From a virus (taxonomy: Duplodnaviria; Caudoviricetes), in the IMG/VR virus record IMGVR_UViG_3300017913_001414, positions 1-58,449 of that record: DNA of 58,449 nt; one strand, written 5' to 3'. Position 1 is the stretch's first letter. Each line of letters starts with the position of its first letter. Below the pieces are notes generated by a model. The model had not been told where the DNA came from. It searched no databases and worked only from the letters and a program-made list of their open reading frames with translations. Below are positions 46,464 to 56,642 of the stretch, one piece after another. The translations under genes were made by a program, and so were the position numbers.

Positions 46464-46562
46464 ATGAACAGATGTTTCCGTTGCAGCGAGACCCCCTGCA
46501 ATCCGGATACCTGCAAGTGCGAATGCCACAGAGAGGACAATGATGGAAAACAATCTAGCTGA
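46464..46562 (+). CDS. 32-aa Cys-rich peptide (not in ORF track)
   Basis: MNRCFRCSETPCNPDTCKCECHREDNDGKQSS. Confidence 0.5.
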   Translation: MNRCFRCSETPCNPDTCKCECHREDNDGKQSS

Positions 46563-46686
46563 GTATCTCGTAACGCTGCAAATCGGCTTTATGGGTTTTA
46601 TGATTGGTTGGGCTACGCCACGAGGGAAGTACCTGAAGGCGGTGCAGCTTCGCGCACTCCGTTGGCTGATTCACTTCTTTAAGTAA
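46540..46686 (+). CDS. 48-aa membrane peptide (not in ORF track)
   Basis: GAGG RBS; hydrophobic segment and basic tail; TAA overlaps the TerL ATG. Confidence 0.55.
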   Translation: MMENNLAEYLVTLQIGFMGFMIGWATPRGKYLKAVQLRALRWLIHFFK

Positions 46687-48191
46687 TGGACCTATCAGCA
46701 ATCCAAGATAAACTTGCTTCCATGCCCCAGCATGAGAAGGAGCGTATGCTTGAGTTGTTGGGGGAACTAGAAGAAGCAAAGGGCAAGGAGAAAGCCCGCA
46801 CCGGATTCCTAGACTTTGTCCGTATGATGTGGCCCAGCTTTATCGCAGGCGAGCATCATCAGGTTATGGCGAATGCGTTTGAGCGTGTGGCTAGAGGGGA
46901 ACTAAAGCGCCTAATCATCAACATGCCCCCGCGACACACGAAGTCAGAGTTCGCATCATACCTGTTTCCTGCTTGGTATCTGGGCCAGTATCCTGAAAAG
47001 AAGATAATTCAAACAGCGCACACGGCAGAACTTGCTGTCGGGTTTGGCCGTAAAGTTCGTAACCTTATTGGTCAGGAAGATTTCCAAACAGTCTTCCCGG
47101 GCATATCGCTGTCGTCAGACTCAAAGGCTGCTGGCCGCTGGAATACAAACAAGCGAGGTGACTATTTCGCTATTGGTGTTGGCGGTGCCGTAACCGGTAA
47201 GGGTGCTGATGTTCTTGTGATTGATGACCCGCACTCAGAACAAGAAGCGCAGATGGGTGCGTATAATCCCGAGGTGTATGACAGGGTTTATGAATGGTAC
47301 ACCTCTGGTCCACGGCAGCGCTTACAGCCCGGGGGCGCGATTATTATCGTGATGACCAGATGGTCCACACGAGACCTGACCGGACAGATAATCAAAAACT
47401 CAACACAGCGAGAGGGTTCAGGTGAGTGGGAGGTGATTGAACTCCCCGCCATCCTTCCTTCAGGTAACGCCCTTTGGCCTGAGTTCTGGGAGCTTGAAGA
47501 GCTTGAGGCTTTGAAGGCGGAACTACCCGTATCAAAGTGGTCGGCCCAGTACCAACAAGACCCAACCTCTGAGGAGGGCGCGCTCATCAAGCGTGAGTGG
47601 TGGAGAGAGTGGGAGCATGAAGCACCGCCCCAGTGCGAGGCTATCATCCAATCATGGGATACAGCGTTCTTAAAAACGCAACGCTCTGACTATTCAGCCT
47701 GCACAACATGGGGGATATTCCATCACCCAGATGATGAGGGTGTTACCCGCCCCAACCTAATTCTTCTTGACGCCTACAAGGAGAAGCTGGAGTTCCCCGA
47801 CCTGAAAAGGGCGGCGTATGACAAGTACTGGGAATGGGAACCAGACCAAATGGTGGTCGAGAAGAAGGCGTCAGGTGCGCCGTTGATTTTCGAACTTAGG
47901 GCTATGGGTATTCCCGTTACGGAGTTTACACCGTCACGCGGACAGGATAAGATAGCACGTGTAAATGCGGTTACTGATTTGTTCGCCAGTGGGGTCGTTT
48001 GGACACCGAACAAAAGATGGGCTGACGAGCTTATCGAAGAGTGCGCCGCATTTCCGTCCGGAGACCATGATGACTTGGTGGACTCCACAACGCAGGCGCT
48101 CTTGCGGTTTAGGCAGGGGGGTTGGATTAGAACCGAGATGGATGACTGGGATGACGAGCCTAGTTACCGCAGACCAGTAGAGTATTATTGA
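46686..48191 (+). CDS. terL: terminase large subunit
   Basis: INMPPRHTKS, GGAVTGKGAD..IDDP, MTRW, QYQQ.P, QSWDTA, FP.G.HDD.VDS. Confidence 0.96.
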   Translation: MDLSAIQDKLASMPQHEKERMLELLGELEEAKGKEKARTGFLDFVRMMWPSFIAGEHHQVMANAFERVARGELKRLIINMPPRHTKSEFASYLFPAWYLGQYPEKKIIQTAHTAELAVGFGRKVRNLIGQEDFQTVFPGISLSSDSKAAGRWNTNKRGDYFAIGVGGAVTGKGADVLVIDDPHSEQEAQMGAYNPEVYDRVYEWYTSGPRQRLQPGGAIIIVMTRWSTRDLTGQIIKNSTQREGSGEWEVIELPAILPSGNALWPEFWELEELEALKAELPVSKWSAQYQQDPTSEEGALIKREWWREWEHEAPPQCEAIIQSWDTAFLKTQRSDYSACTTWGIFHHPDDEGVTRPNLILLDAYKEKLEFPDLKRAAYDKYWEWEPDQMVVEKKASGAPLIFELRAMGIPVTEFTPSRGQDKIARVNAVTDLFASGVVWTPNKRWADELIEECAAFPSGDHDDLVDSTTQALLRFRQGGWIRTEMDDWDDEPSYRRPVEYY

Positions 48192-50626
48192 TGGCAGTAG
48201 AAAAAAACATGGAGCCTTCAGAGGTCGAGATGCAGGAGGGCGGTGCAGTCGAGGTTGAAGTTCTAAACCCTGATGCTGTTGCAATCTCCCAAGACGATGA
48301 GGGGATGATTATTGATTTTTCTGGCGAGGTGACGCAGGGCATAATGGGTCCCGACCACAACGCCAACCTTGCTGAGTTCATGGATGAGTCTGACCTAGAC
48401 TCTCTAGCCTCAGACCTTGTAGATGACTTTGAAGCCGACAGGCAGTCTCGCTCGGATTGGGCGCGTTCCTATGTGAAGGGATTAGACCTTCTGGGTATGA
48501 AGATTGAGGAGCGCCAACAACCGTGGGCTGGCGCATCTGGTGTGTTCCACCCCGTTCTTACTGAGTCAGTCATCCGCTTCCAAGCGCAGGCTATGGGGGA
48601 GATATTCCCGCCGTCTGGTCCGGTGCGGACAAAAATCGTTGGCAAGATGACGCCTGAGAAGTTCGAGCAGTCGCAGCGCGTTGAGGACGAGATGAACTAT
48701 CTCCTGACTGAGGAGATGACTGAGTACCGCGATGAGACAGAGCAGCTTTTGTTCAAGCTTCCGCTGGCTGGCTCCGCTTTCAAAAAGATTTACTACGACC
48801 CGATTATGGAGCGCCCATGCTCTATGTTTGTACCGGCTGAAGACTTTGTCGTGTCATATGGCGCGGCAGACCTCCTGACATGCCCGCGTTACACACACAT
48901 CATGAAAAAGACGGAGAACGAACTGTACGAGTTGCAAGTTAATGGGTTCTACCGTGACATTGACCTGCCAGCACCCGAGCCTGACTACTCTGACATTCAA
49001 GAGAAGTACGACGAGCTAGAGGGAGAGCAGGCAGTTATTGAGGATGATGACCGCCACACAATCCTAGAGATGCATGTTGATTTGGTTCTACCTGAACCAT
49101 TCGATGACCCTGACGGTCTGGCCTGTCCGTATATCATCACTGTCGAAAAGTCATCGAGAACTATTCTGGCTATTCGTAAGAACTGGTATGAGGACGACCA
49201 GAAGAAGATGAAGCGTTTGCACTTCTCCCACTACCGATACCTCCCCGGTTTGGGTTTCTATGGCACTGGTCTTATCCACATTATTGGCGGTCTGGCGAAG
49301 AGTGCAACATCCATCCTGCGTCAGCTTATTGACGCTGGCACCCTGTCCAACCTACCCGCTGGCCTCAAAGCACGAGGCCTACGCATCAAGGGCGATGACA
49401 CACCGCTAATGCCCGGTGAGTTCCGCGATGTAGATGTCCCGGGTGGTGCCATCCGAGATTCAATCACGTTTATTCCGTACAAAGAACCATCGAGTGTTCT
49501 TTACAATCTGCTTGGCAACATCGTGGATGAGGCCCGCCGTATTGGTTCCGTTGCCGATATTGATGTTGGTGACATGAACGCGCAGGCTCCAGTCGGCACG
49601 ACACTCGCCTTAATGGAACGCAGCATGAAGGTTATGTCTGGTGTACAGGCAAGACTTCACGCATCTCTCAAAAACGAGCTTCGTCTATTGGCGAAGGTTA
49701 TCCGTGACTATATGCCGGATGAATATACTTACGAGATGGACGGGGACTTCTCTCGCATTCAGGACTTTGATGGCCGTGTAGATGTGATTCCAGTCTCTGA
49801 CCCGAATGCCGCTACAATGTCTCAAAGGGTTATGCAGTATCAGGCGGCGCTGCAAATGGCTCAACAGGCACCGCAACTGTATGACATGGGTAAACTTCAC
49901 AGACAGATGCTAGAGGTGCTTGGTGTTAAAGACGCAGACGATATCGTTAAACTTCCAGATGATATTAAACCTTCCGACCCCGTTTCGGAAAACATGTCTA
50001 TCCTTAAACAGGAGCCTATTAAAGCTTTTGAACATCAAGACCACGAAGCGCACATCCAAGTCCACATGGCAGCGGCGCAAGACCCCAAGATACAGCAGCT
50101 TGTGGGGCAGTCTCCTTTTGCTGGAGCAATCCAATCTTCATTGGCTGCACACATCACAGAGCATTTGGCTTTGCAGTATCGTAAGGAAATCGAGAAGAAC
50201 CTCGGGGTCACATTACCACCAGCAGGCGAACCGCTTCCGGAAGACATTGAGAACGAGATTGCACGGATGTCGGCGGCAGCAGCAGAGAAACTGCTCTCTC
50301 AGAGCCAAGCTGAGGTCACGGCAGAAGAGAATGAACGTAAGCAACAAGACCCACTTACTATTATCCAACAGAGAGAACTCGCTCTGAAGGAACGCGAACA
50401 AGCTCACAAGGAGCGCATGGATAATCTGAAGATTCAACTTGATGCTGCTAAAGCAGAGGAGAATGTTGAGGTCCAGAGAGAGCGCATTGAGAGCGAAGAG
50501 AAACGCGAGGGCGCTCGCCTCGGCGTTAAGATGGCAACGGAGAAGGATAAAAACCGCCGTGCCGATATGAAAGACGGTGCCAAGATTGGCATGGAACTAG
50601 CGAGGGAGATGACAAAGGATGAGTGA
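48188..50626 (+). CDS. portal protein
   Basis: 812 aa directly after TerL; PW.GAS.V.HP, GSAFKKIYYD, PGLGFYG.GL, RQLIDAGTLSNLP. Confidence 0.9.
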   Translation: MMAVEKNMEPSEVEMQEGGAVEVEVLNPDAVAISQDDEGMIIDFSGEVTQGIMGPDHNANLAEFMDESDLDSLASDLVDDFEADRQSRSDWARSYVKGLDLLGMKIEERQQPWAGASGVFHPVLTESVIRFQAQAMGEIFPPSGPVRTKIVGKMTPEKFEQSQRVEDEMNYLLTEEMTEYRDETEQLLFKLPLAGSAFKKIYYDPIMERPCSMFVPAEDFVVSYGAADLLTCPRYTHIMKKTENELYELQVNGFYRDIDLPAPEPDYSDIQEKYDELEGEQAVIEDDDRHTILEMHVDLVLPEPFDDPDGLACPYIITVEKSSRTILAIRKNWYEDDQKKMKRLHFSHYRYLPGLGFYGTGLIHIIGGLAKSATSILRQLIDAGTLSNLPAGLKARGLRIKGDDTPLMPGEFRDVDVPGGAIRDSITFIPYKEPSSVLYNLLGNIVDEARRIGSVADIDVGDMNAQAPVGTTLALMERSMKVMSGVQARLHASLKNELRLLAKVIRDYMPDEYTYEMDGDFSRIQDFDGRVDVIPVSDPNAATMSQRVMQYQAALQMAQQAPQLYDMGKLHRQMLEVLGVKDADDIVKLPDDIKPSDPVSENMSILKQEPIKAFEHQDHEAHIQVHMAAAQDPKIQQLVGQSPFAGAIQSSLAAHITEHLALQYRKEIEKNLGVTLPPAGEPLPEDIENEIARMSAAAAEKLLSQSQAEVTAEENERKQQDPLTIIQQRELALKEREQAHKERMDNLKIQLDAAKAEENVEVQRERIESEEKREGARLGVKMATEKDKNRRADMKDGAKIGMELAREMTKDE

Positions 50627-50807
50627 ATCAATATTCGCACCAATCAAGAGACGAATTAGAGAATTTATGAACGAGGCAGCAGACCATCTGGCATCAGGTG
50701 GGGCGCAGAGCTTCGATGAGTATCAGCGCATGGTTGGTCGTGTTGATGCCCTTGCGATTCTCGAGCGTGAGATTATCGATATTGAGGAACGCATGATTGA
50801 TGAATGA
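50619..50807 (+). CDS. small conserved protein after the portal
   Basis: L..G....DEY...VG....L motif. Confidence 0.7.
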   Translation: MSESIFAPIKRRIREFMNEAADHLASGGAQSFDEYQRMVGRVDALAILEREIIDIEERMIDE

Positions 50808-50983
50808 GACACTGGATTGAGAGTAGGGCTTTCTACTTACTGAGTGTGTCTTGGTTGGTGGTGCTTGCTTTAATTCTCAGTCCATTCTTCATCATGTTCA
50901 CATTGTTTTCTGTATTTGGAAGTAAAGAGTTTTACATTGGCATTCTAGCTGCCAGCGTACTTTACACAGTTTACCTATTTTAA
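50804..50983 (+). CDS. 59-aa two-TM membrane protein (not in ORF track)
   Basis: ATGA overlap; MRHWIESRAFYLLSVSWLVVLALILSPFF...GILAASVLYTVYLF. Confidence 0.55.
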   Translation: MRHWIESRAFYLLSVSWLVVLALILSPFFIMFTLFSVFGSKEFYIGILAASVLYTVYLF

Positions 50984-51103
50984 TTTTTTTCTTTTGGGGG
51001 GATTCCGAACATGTCAAGAACAGGTTATATTTATTTTGAGGACACTTACGGGGGTTGCCCCGCAAGGTCTCTGTGAACCTTAATCACTGCAAGGAAATTC
51101 AGA

Positions 51104-51469
51104 ATGTATTCTGCACAAGATATCAGCGAGGAAGTCGCTGAAAAACTACCAAAGCCGCAAGGCTATAAGCTGCTAATCGCAGTCCCAGAGGTTAACGAAA
51201 AGACAGAAGGTGGAGTGTTTCTCCCTGACAGTCGAGTTGGTGATGAGAAAGTCGCCTCGATTGTAGGTCTTGTCGTTAAGTGCGGTCCCGATGCTTATCA
51301 AGATATGGATAAGTTTGGTTCGGGTCCGTATTGCAAAGAAGGAGACTTTGTAATCTTTAGGTCTTATTCCGGAACACGGTTTAAGATTAAAGGTTCTGAG
51401 TTTCGTTTGATTAATGATGACACCGTTGAGGCTGTTGTCGATGACCCGAGAGGATATGAGCGAGCATGA
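51104..51469 (+). CDS. groES: GroES/Cpn10-like co-chaperonin
   Basis: P.GYKLLI, EKTEGGVFLPD, V..GPDAY, GD.V.F..YSG, FRLINDD.V.AVV. Confidence 0.88.
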   Translation: MYSAQDISEEVAEKLPKPQGYKLLIAVPEVNEKTEGGVFLPDSRVGDEKVASIVGLVVKCGPDAYQDMDKFGSGPYCKEGDFVIFRSYSGTRFKIKGSEFRLINDDTVEAVVDDPRGYERA

Positions 51470-52434
51470 ATGAAGCAGCAGAAGCCATCGAAAATGATGA
51501 AGTCGAAGCTCCAGTCGAGGAAACGTCTGCGGAATCCGTGGACACTGACTCAGGTTTTGACATTGAGATTCTTGATGATACGCCTGAAGAGGATAGAGAT
51601 AAGCCCCGCCGTGCCGAAGGCTCGGAGCCGGAGGTTCCTAAGGACAGCGAGATTGAGAACTATGGCGAGAACGTACAAAAACGTATCAAGCAACTTAAAT
51701 ACGAATACCACGAAGAGCGCCGTGCAAAAGAAGAAGCGGCCCGTTTGCGCGAAGAGGCAGTCACCTTTGCTCAAAAGACTTACGAAGAAAACAAAAAGCT
51801 TCGTAAAGCCCTTGAGGAAGGTGAAGGTGTCCTTGTCGAGCAAGCCAAAGGTCGCGTTGAGTCGGAGCTTGAGCTAGCGAAGAAGTCTTATAAAGAGGCT
51901 TATGAGCTAGGCGACCCCGATAAACTTCTGGATGCACAGGAGCGCCTTAGCAAGGCCCAGTACGATAGGAATCAGGTTGAGTCATACAAGCCGTCCTATC
52001 CGGAACCTGAGCCGGAACAGCAGCCTGCACCCCAGCCTGCGCCGCAGCCTGTACGAAGGGCTGACCCAAAAGCAGAAGAGTGGGCAAAGGATAATGACTG
52101 GTTTAACCGTGATACGGAAATGACCGGATATGCTTTTGGTGTCCACGAAAAACTGGTGAGAGAGGAAGGTCTGGACCCCTCTCGTGATGCTGAAGAATAT
52201 TACCGCCGCATTGATGAGTCGATGCGCTCGCGGTTCCCAGACAAGTTTGGTGTTGAAGAAATTGAGGAAGCACCTCAACGCCAAGCTGGTTCCGTGGTTG
52301 CCCCCGCTAGTCGGAGTGCAAAAAAACCACGCAAGGTGCAACTGACCTCAACCCAAGTCGCTCTCGCCAAGCGAATTGGTGTTACTCCTGAGCAATATGC
52401 GGCGCAACTCTTGAAGGAGTCCAAAAATGTCTAA
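51466..52434 (+). CDS. capsid scaffolding protein
   Basis: Acidic coiled coil; W...N.WF; C-terminal LT..QVA.AKR.GV..E.YA. Confidence 0.75.
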   Translation: MNEAAEAIENDEVEAPVEETSAESVDTDSGFDIEILDDTPEEDRDKPRRAEGSEPEVPKDSEIENYGENVQKRIKQLKYEYHEERRAKEEAARLREEAVTFAQKTYEENKKLRKALEEGEGVLVEQAKGRVESELELAKKSYKEAYELGDPDKLLDAQERLSKAQYDRNQVESYKPSYPEPEPEQQPAPQPAPQPVRRADPKAEEWAKDNDWFNRDTEMTGYAFGVHEKLVREEGLDPSRDAEEYYRRIDESMRSRFPDKFGVEEIEEAPQRQAGSVVAPASRSAKKPRKVQLTSTQVALAKRIGVTPEQYAAQLLKESKNV

Positions 52435-52873
52435 TCGAACCCCACGCACTAATGAAACTAGGGAAAAGAAAGCTCGTAAGGTAACTTGGCAGCGTCCGTC
52501 TGCACTACCTGACCCAGAACAGCAAGATGGTGTATCGTACCGTTGGGTGCGTACAGCCACACTGGGGGAGGCAGATAACAAGAACGTTTCGAGTCGATTC
52601 CGTGAGGGTTGGACCCCGGTTAAGGCAGAGGACCATCCTGAGATGCACGTTATGCCCGATGTGGATTCCCGCTTCGAGGGTAACGTTGAGGTTGGAGGCT
52701 TGCTCCTTTGCAGGAACTCAACTGAAAACGTTGAAGCACGTGTAGAGCATCAGCAGATGCAGACAGACCAAGCAATGGAAGCTGTCGATAATAACTACAT
52801 GCGCGAAAACGATTCGCGGATGCCTATGCTCCGTCCGGAACGTAGCAGCCGCACAACTGACTTTGGTAAGTAG
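52427..52873 (+). CDS. conserved head-cluster protein
   Basis: YRW.R, REGW.PV and VGGLLLC motifs. Confidence 0.75.
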   Translation: MSNRTPRTNETREKKARKVTWQRPSALPDPEQQDGVSYRWVRTATLGEADNKNVSSRFREGWTPVKAEDHPEMHVMPDVDSRFEGNVEVGGLLLCRNSTENVEARVEHQQMQTDQAMEAVDNNYMRENDSRMPMLRPERSSRTTDFGK

Positions 52874-52923
52874 TCTAATAGTGGACGCTTACCGTTAACC
52901 TTGTAGAAAGAAGGAAAACCAAA

Positions 52924-53526
52924 ATGAGTACTACTGCTGCTCCCTTCGGTCTGCGTCCTATTGGTCGTCTTGACAGTGGGTCACTGGAAGTAAACCGCCA
53001 GTACCCGATTGCCTCTGGCTACGCTACCAACATCGCTATGGGTGATGTTGTTCAGCTTGTAGACGGCGGCACTGCCACCACGATTGAAAAGCAGTCCGGA
53101 ACTGGCGATGATACGACAGCAATCGACATCGTTGGTATCTTTATGGGTTGTTCTTATACAGACCCGAACACAAACCAAAAAGTGTTTAGCCAACTGTGGC
53201 CTGCAAGCACCGTTGCTTCAGACGCAATGGCTTACGTAGTTGATGACCCGAATGTTCTGTTCGCCATCCAAGCTGATGCCGCACCGACCAACACTGGTGA
53301 CATCTACGGCAAAAACACTCTGCTGGTACAAACTGCTCCGAACACCACGCTGAAAATCAGCCGTGTTGCTTTGGACATTTCTGAACTCAGCACCGACCCC
53401 CAAAACCCGATTCGTGTAATCGATTACTTGGGCGGTGATGCAGGCGATGAGAAAGGTACTACGTACCCAATTATTGTTGCTAAGTTCAATTACCATCAGC
53501 ATTCTTCAACAACTGGTAGTGCATAA
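52924..53526 (+). CDS. capsid decoration/minor capsid protein
   Basis: APFGLRP, GD.V, G.F.GC.YTDP, V.DDP; directly upstream of the MCP. Confidence 0.7.
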   Translation: MSTTAAPFGLRPIGRLDSGSLEVNRQYPIASGYATNIAMGDVVQLVDGGTATTIEKQSGTGDDTTAIDIVGIFMGCSYTDPNTNQKVFSQLWPASTVASDAMAYVVDDPNVLFAIQADAAPTNTGDIYGKNTLLVQTAPNTTLKISRVALDISELSTDPQNPIRVIDYLGGDAGDEKGTTYPIIVAKFNYHQHSSTTGSA

Positions 53527-53539
53527 GGGGTATTGAATA

Positions 53540-54445
53540 ATGGCAATTTCACGCGCACAACTATTGAAAGAACTGCTGCCGGGTCTTAATGCCCTGTTCG
53601 GCCTTGAGTACGAAAAGTACGAAAACGAACATGCAGAAATCTATGAAACCGAAAACTCAGAGCGTAGCTTCGAAGAAGAAGTGAAACTGTCTGGCTTCGG
53701 TGCCGCTCCGGTCAAGCCGGAAGGTTCTGCTATCGCATTTGATTCAGCACAAGAATCTTTCACAGCCCGTTACAATCACGAAACGATTGGCATGGGTTTC
53801 TCCGTCACCGAAGAAGCAATGGAAGACAACCTGTACGATGCACTTTCTGCTCGTTACACGAAAGCACTGGCTCGCGCTATGGCTTACACGAAACAGGTTA
53901 AAGCTGCCAACTTGCTGAACAATGGTTTCACCACGTTCAACTCCGGCGACTCTGTCACACTCTTCAGCACAGCACACCCGACTGTCGCTGGTGGCAATAA
54001 CTCTAACCGTCCGTCAACGGACTCTGACCTGAACGAGACCTCACTCGAGCAGGCTGTGATTGATATCGCTGCCTTCACTGATGAGCGTGGTCTTCTGGTT
54101 GCGGCTCGCCCGCGCAAACTGATTGTGCCACCGGCACTGATGTTTGTTGCTACTCGCCTGCTGCAAACTGAACTGCGTACAGGTACCGCTGACAATGACA
54201 TCAACGCCCTTCGCACCAACGGTTCGATTCCGGAAGGTTTCCGCGTCAATCACTACCTGACTGACACCGATGCCTTCTTCATCACCACCGATGTGCCGAA
54301 TGGCATGAAGCACTTTGTCCGTACTCCGATGACCACATCGATGGACGGTGACTTCGACACAGGTAATGTCCGCTATAAAGCCCGTGAGCGTTATAGCTTT
54401 GGCGTATCTGACCCGCTTGGTATTTACGGTTCGCCGGGTGCCTAA
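53540..54445 (+). CDS. major capsid protein
   Basis: MAISRAQLLKELLPGLNALFGLEY...DFDTGNVRYKARERYSFG.SD; strong codon bias; followed by a terminator. Confidence 0.9.
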   Translation: MAISRAQLLKELLPGLNALFGLEYEKYENEHAEIYETENSERSFEEEVKLSGFGAAPVKPEGSAIAFDSAQESFTARYNHETIGMGFSVTEEAMEDNLYDALSARYTKALARAMAYTKQVKAANLLNNGFTTFNSGDSVTLFSTAHPTVAGGNNSNRPSTDSDLNETSLEQAVIDIAAFTDERGLLVAARPRKLIVPPALMFVATRLLQTELRTGTADNDINALRTNGSIPEGFRVNHYLTDTDAFFITTDVPNGMKHFVRTPMTTSMDGDFDTGNVRYKARERYSFGVSDPLGIYGSPGA

Positions 54446-54470
54446 GCATTAAAAGTTATTTAGAACTTTT

Positions 54471-54500
54471 GGGGCGGTCCTTCGGGGCCGCCCTTTTTTT
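54471..54500 (+). terminator. intrinsic terminator after the MCP
   Basis: GGGCGGTCC-TTCG-GGGCCGCCC followed by a T-run. Confidence 0.9.
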
Positions 54501-54583
54501 ATTTGTCAACAAGTGGTACAATGACCTGTTCCTTGACAGTCGCATGAGGCGATTGACAACAACCCAAGACAAGGAGATTGACA

Positions 54584-55048
54584 ATGGGTCAAACTACTTT
54601 TTCAGGTCCGGTTCGTTCTGAGCGCGGATTTACAGCAGTTGGTTCAAACGCTGTAGTTAATATCACAGCAGAAACAACTCTTACATATGCAGACCATGTT
54701 GGCCGCATCATTGAAATCAATGACGCAGACGGCGCGGTTACGCTTCCCTCAATTACTTCAGACACTATTGGTGCAAAGTACACGTTCTTTGTTGGTACAG
54801 ACGCAACTGACCTTGACATCAAAACTGATGGCACGGACAAGTTCTTAGGTTCTGTTAGTGTTATTGGAGCAACCACCGCTGGCTTTGTGCCGGGTGCAAA
54901 CAATGATGTTATCTCAATGAACGGCGGCACCACTGGTGGTGACAAAGGCTCGTATGTAGAGGTCACCGCATTGGCTACCGCTGAATATTTAGTTCAGGGT
55001 GTTCTGGTTGGCGCGGGTACCGTAGCTACACCTTTTGCTGATAGCTAA
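54584..55048 (+). CDS. virion structural protein
   Basis: MGQTTFSGPVRS start; ATPFADS end; AAGGAG RBS. Confidence 0.75.
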   Translation: MGQTTFSGPVRSERGFTAVGSNAVVNITAETTLTYADHVGRIIEINDADGAVTLPSITSDTIGAKYTFFVGTDATDLDIKTDGTDKFLGSVSVIGATTAGFVPGANNDVISMNGGTTGGDKGSYVEVTALATAEYLVQGVLVGAGTVATPFADS

Positions 55049-55102
55049 GATAGTTAGGGGGGGCTGCCTTTGGGTGGCCCCCACAACATAAAGGAGAAGC
55101 AA

Positions 55103-55864
55103 ATGGCAAGCCCAGCATCCACTTCAAAACTTGGCGTTACCGAGCCTTTCGATTTACAGATGTCACGTGGTCAAATCACTGGTCACACCCGCTTTTATAA
55201 GTTTGGTTATAACCCAGCCGTAGGTACGACAGATGAGACCATCTGTGACTTGGGTGGTCAGTACGTATATCTGACAACCGCCACAACTCTTACAGTTTCA
55301 AGCTCTAACACAGACGATACCGACCAAGGGGTAGTGGTTTACATTGAGGGGTTGGACGCTAACTATGACGTTAAGTATGAAACCGTAACTCTGGGTGCTA
55401 CAGGTTCTGCCACAACCTCCAACTCTTACCTCCGTGTGTATCGTGGGTTTGTTGCTGGCGGCACAGCAGTAGATGGCAACATAAGTGTTACCGCGAACTC
55501 AAACACCTACCTGTATATTTCTGCTCGTGACCAACAGTCTATGGTTGCCGTTTATACGGTGCCGCGTGGTTACACTCTGTTTGTGGACCTTTTCTCGGCA
55601 TCAACCGGTACGACATCCACCACAAACTTCATCACCCTTCGCGCACGCGCACGCGCCATCGGTGGTGTTTTCCGCACAACTCACCAATGGACTGTTCAAT
55701 CTGCTCAGTTCCAATATAACTTCAAGTATCCATTTGCTCTTCCCGAGAAGACGGACTTCGAGGTCCGGGCGCAGTCATCATCTGGTGACCAAGAGGTATC
55801 CTCCATGTTTGAGGGTATCCTCGTGAAAAATGACCTAAATGTGGGCGGAGGCTTAGGACTATAA
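55103..55864 (+). CDS. virion protein, paralogue A
   Basis: EPFDLQ..RGQI, KFGYN, VSSSN..D, GLDANY, YTVP.GYT, EKTD. Confidence 0.75.
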   Translation: MASPASTSKLGVTEPFDLQMSRGQITGHTRFYKFGYNPAVGTTDETICDLGGQYVYLTTATTLTVSSSNTDDTDQGVVVYIEGLDANYDVKYETVTLGATGSATTSNSYLRVYRGFVAGGTAVDGNISVTANSNTYLYISARDQQSMVAVYTVPRGYTLFVDLFSASTGTTSTTNFITLRARARAIGGVFRTTHQWTVQSAQFQYNFKYPFALPEKTDFEVRAQSSSGDQEVSSMFEGILVKNDLNVGGGLGL

Positions 55865-56640
55865 TGGCAAGCTCAATCTCAAGAGTAGGAACTACAGAGC
55901 CTTTTAATTTACAGGTATCTCGCAGTCAGATTGCCAACCACAAGACCCAGTTCAAGTTTGGTTTCAATGCTGATGTGGACGCTTCCCTCGAAACAATATG
56001 GACTGAGGGTGGATTATACTCCTACCTCTCCTCAGCATCTGTCCTCAAGATTTCTAGCGCGTCAGCGAATGACACATCCGCTGGCACAGGCGCTCGCACC
56101 GTAAAGATTAGTGGCTTGGATGGCGACTACAATGAGGTGTCTGAGACAGTTACATTGAGTGGGCAAACTGCTGTTAATACCACCAACTCATTTATTCGCG
56201 TCTTCCGCATGGAAGTACTGACCGCAGGCACTGGTGAGAAAAACGCCGGTAAAGTTTATGCTGGTACCGGCACCGTCACGTCTGGTGTCCCCGCCAACAA
56301 GTACGGCGTCATTGCTGTGGGTGATAACCAAACCCTTATGGCTTTGTGGACAGTCCCTGCTGGGTACACAGCTTACCTATATCAAACAACAATCGCCGCT
56401 GGTTGCACCACAGCTAATAAGCTTATCGAGGCAAGTGTTCTGGCCCGCCCCGATGGCGGAGTTTTCCAAGTAAAAGACCGGATTGCCCATGGCGTGGGCG
56501 GCGCTCATGTTGAGCAACGCTATCACTTCCCCTTAAAGTTTGAGGAAAAGACTGACATTGAGGTTCAAGCCCTTTGTGACGCAGCTGCAAGCGTGAGGGT
56601 TTCTGCTGGTTTGGATATTGTTTACATTAAGAATGATTAG
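55864..56640 (+). CDS. virion protein, paralogue B
   Basis: EPFNLQ..RSQI, KFGFN, ISS.S..D, GLD.DY, WTVP.GYT, EKTD. Confidence 0.75.
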   Translation: MASSISRVGTTEPFNLQVSRSQIANHKTQFKFGFNADVDASLETIWTEGGLYSYLSSASVLKISSASANDTSAGTGARTVKISGLDGDYNEVSETVTLSGQTAVNTTNSFIRVFRMEVLTAGTGEKNAGKVYAGTGTVTSGVPANKYGVIAVGDNQTLMALWTVPAGYTAYLYQTTIAAGCTTANKLIEASVLARPDGGVFQVKDRIAHGVGGAHVEQRYHFPLKFEEKTDIEVQALCDAAASVRVSAGLDIVYIKND

Positions 56641-56642
56641 AT

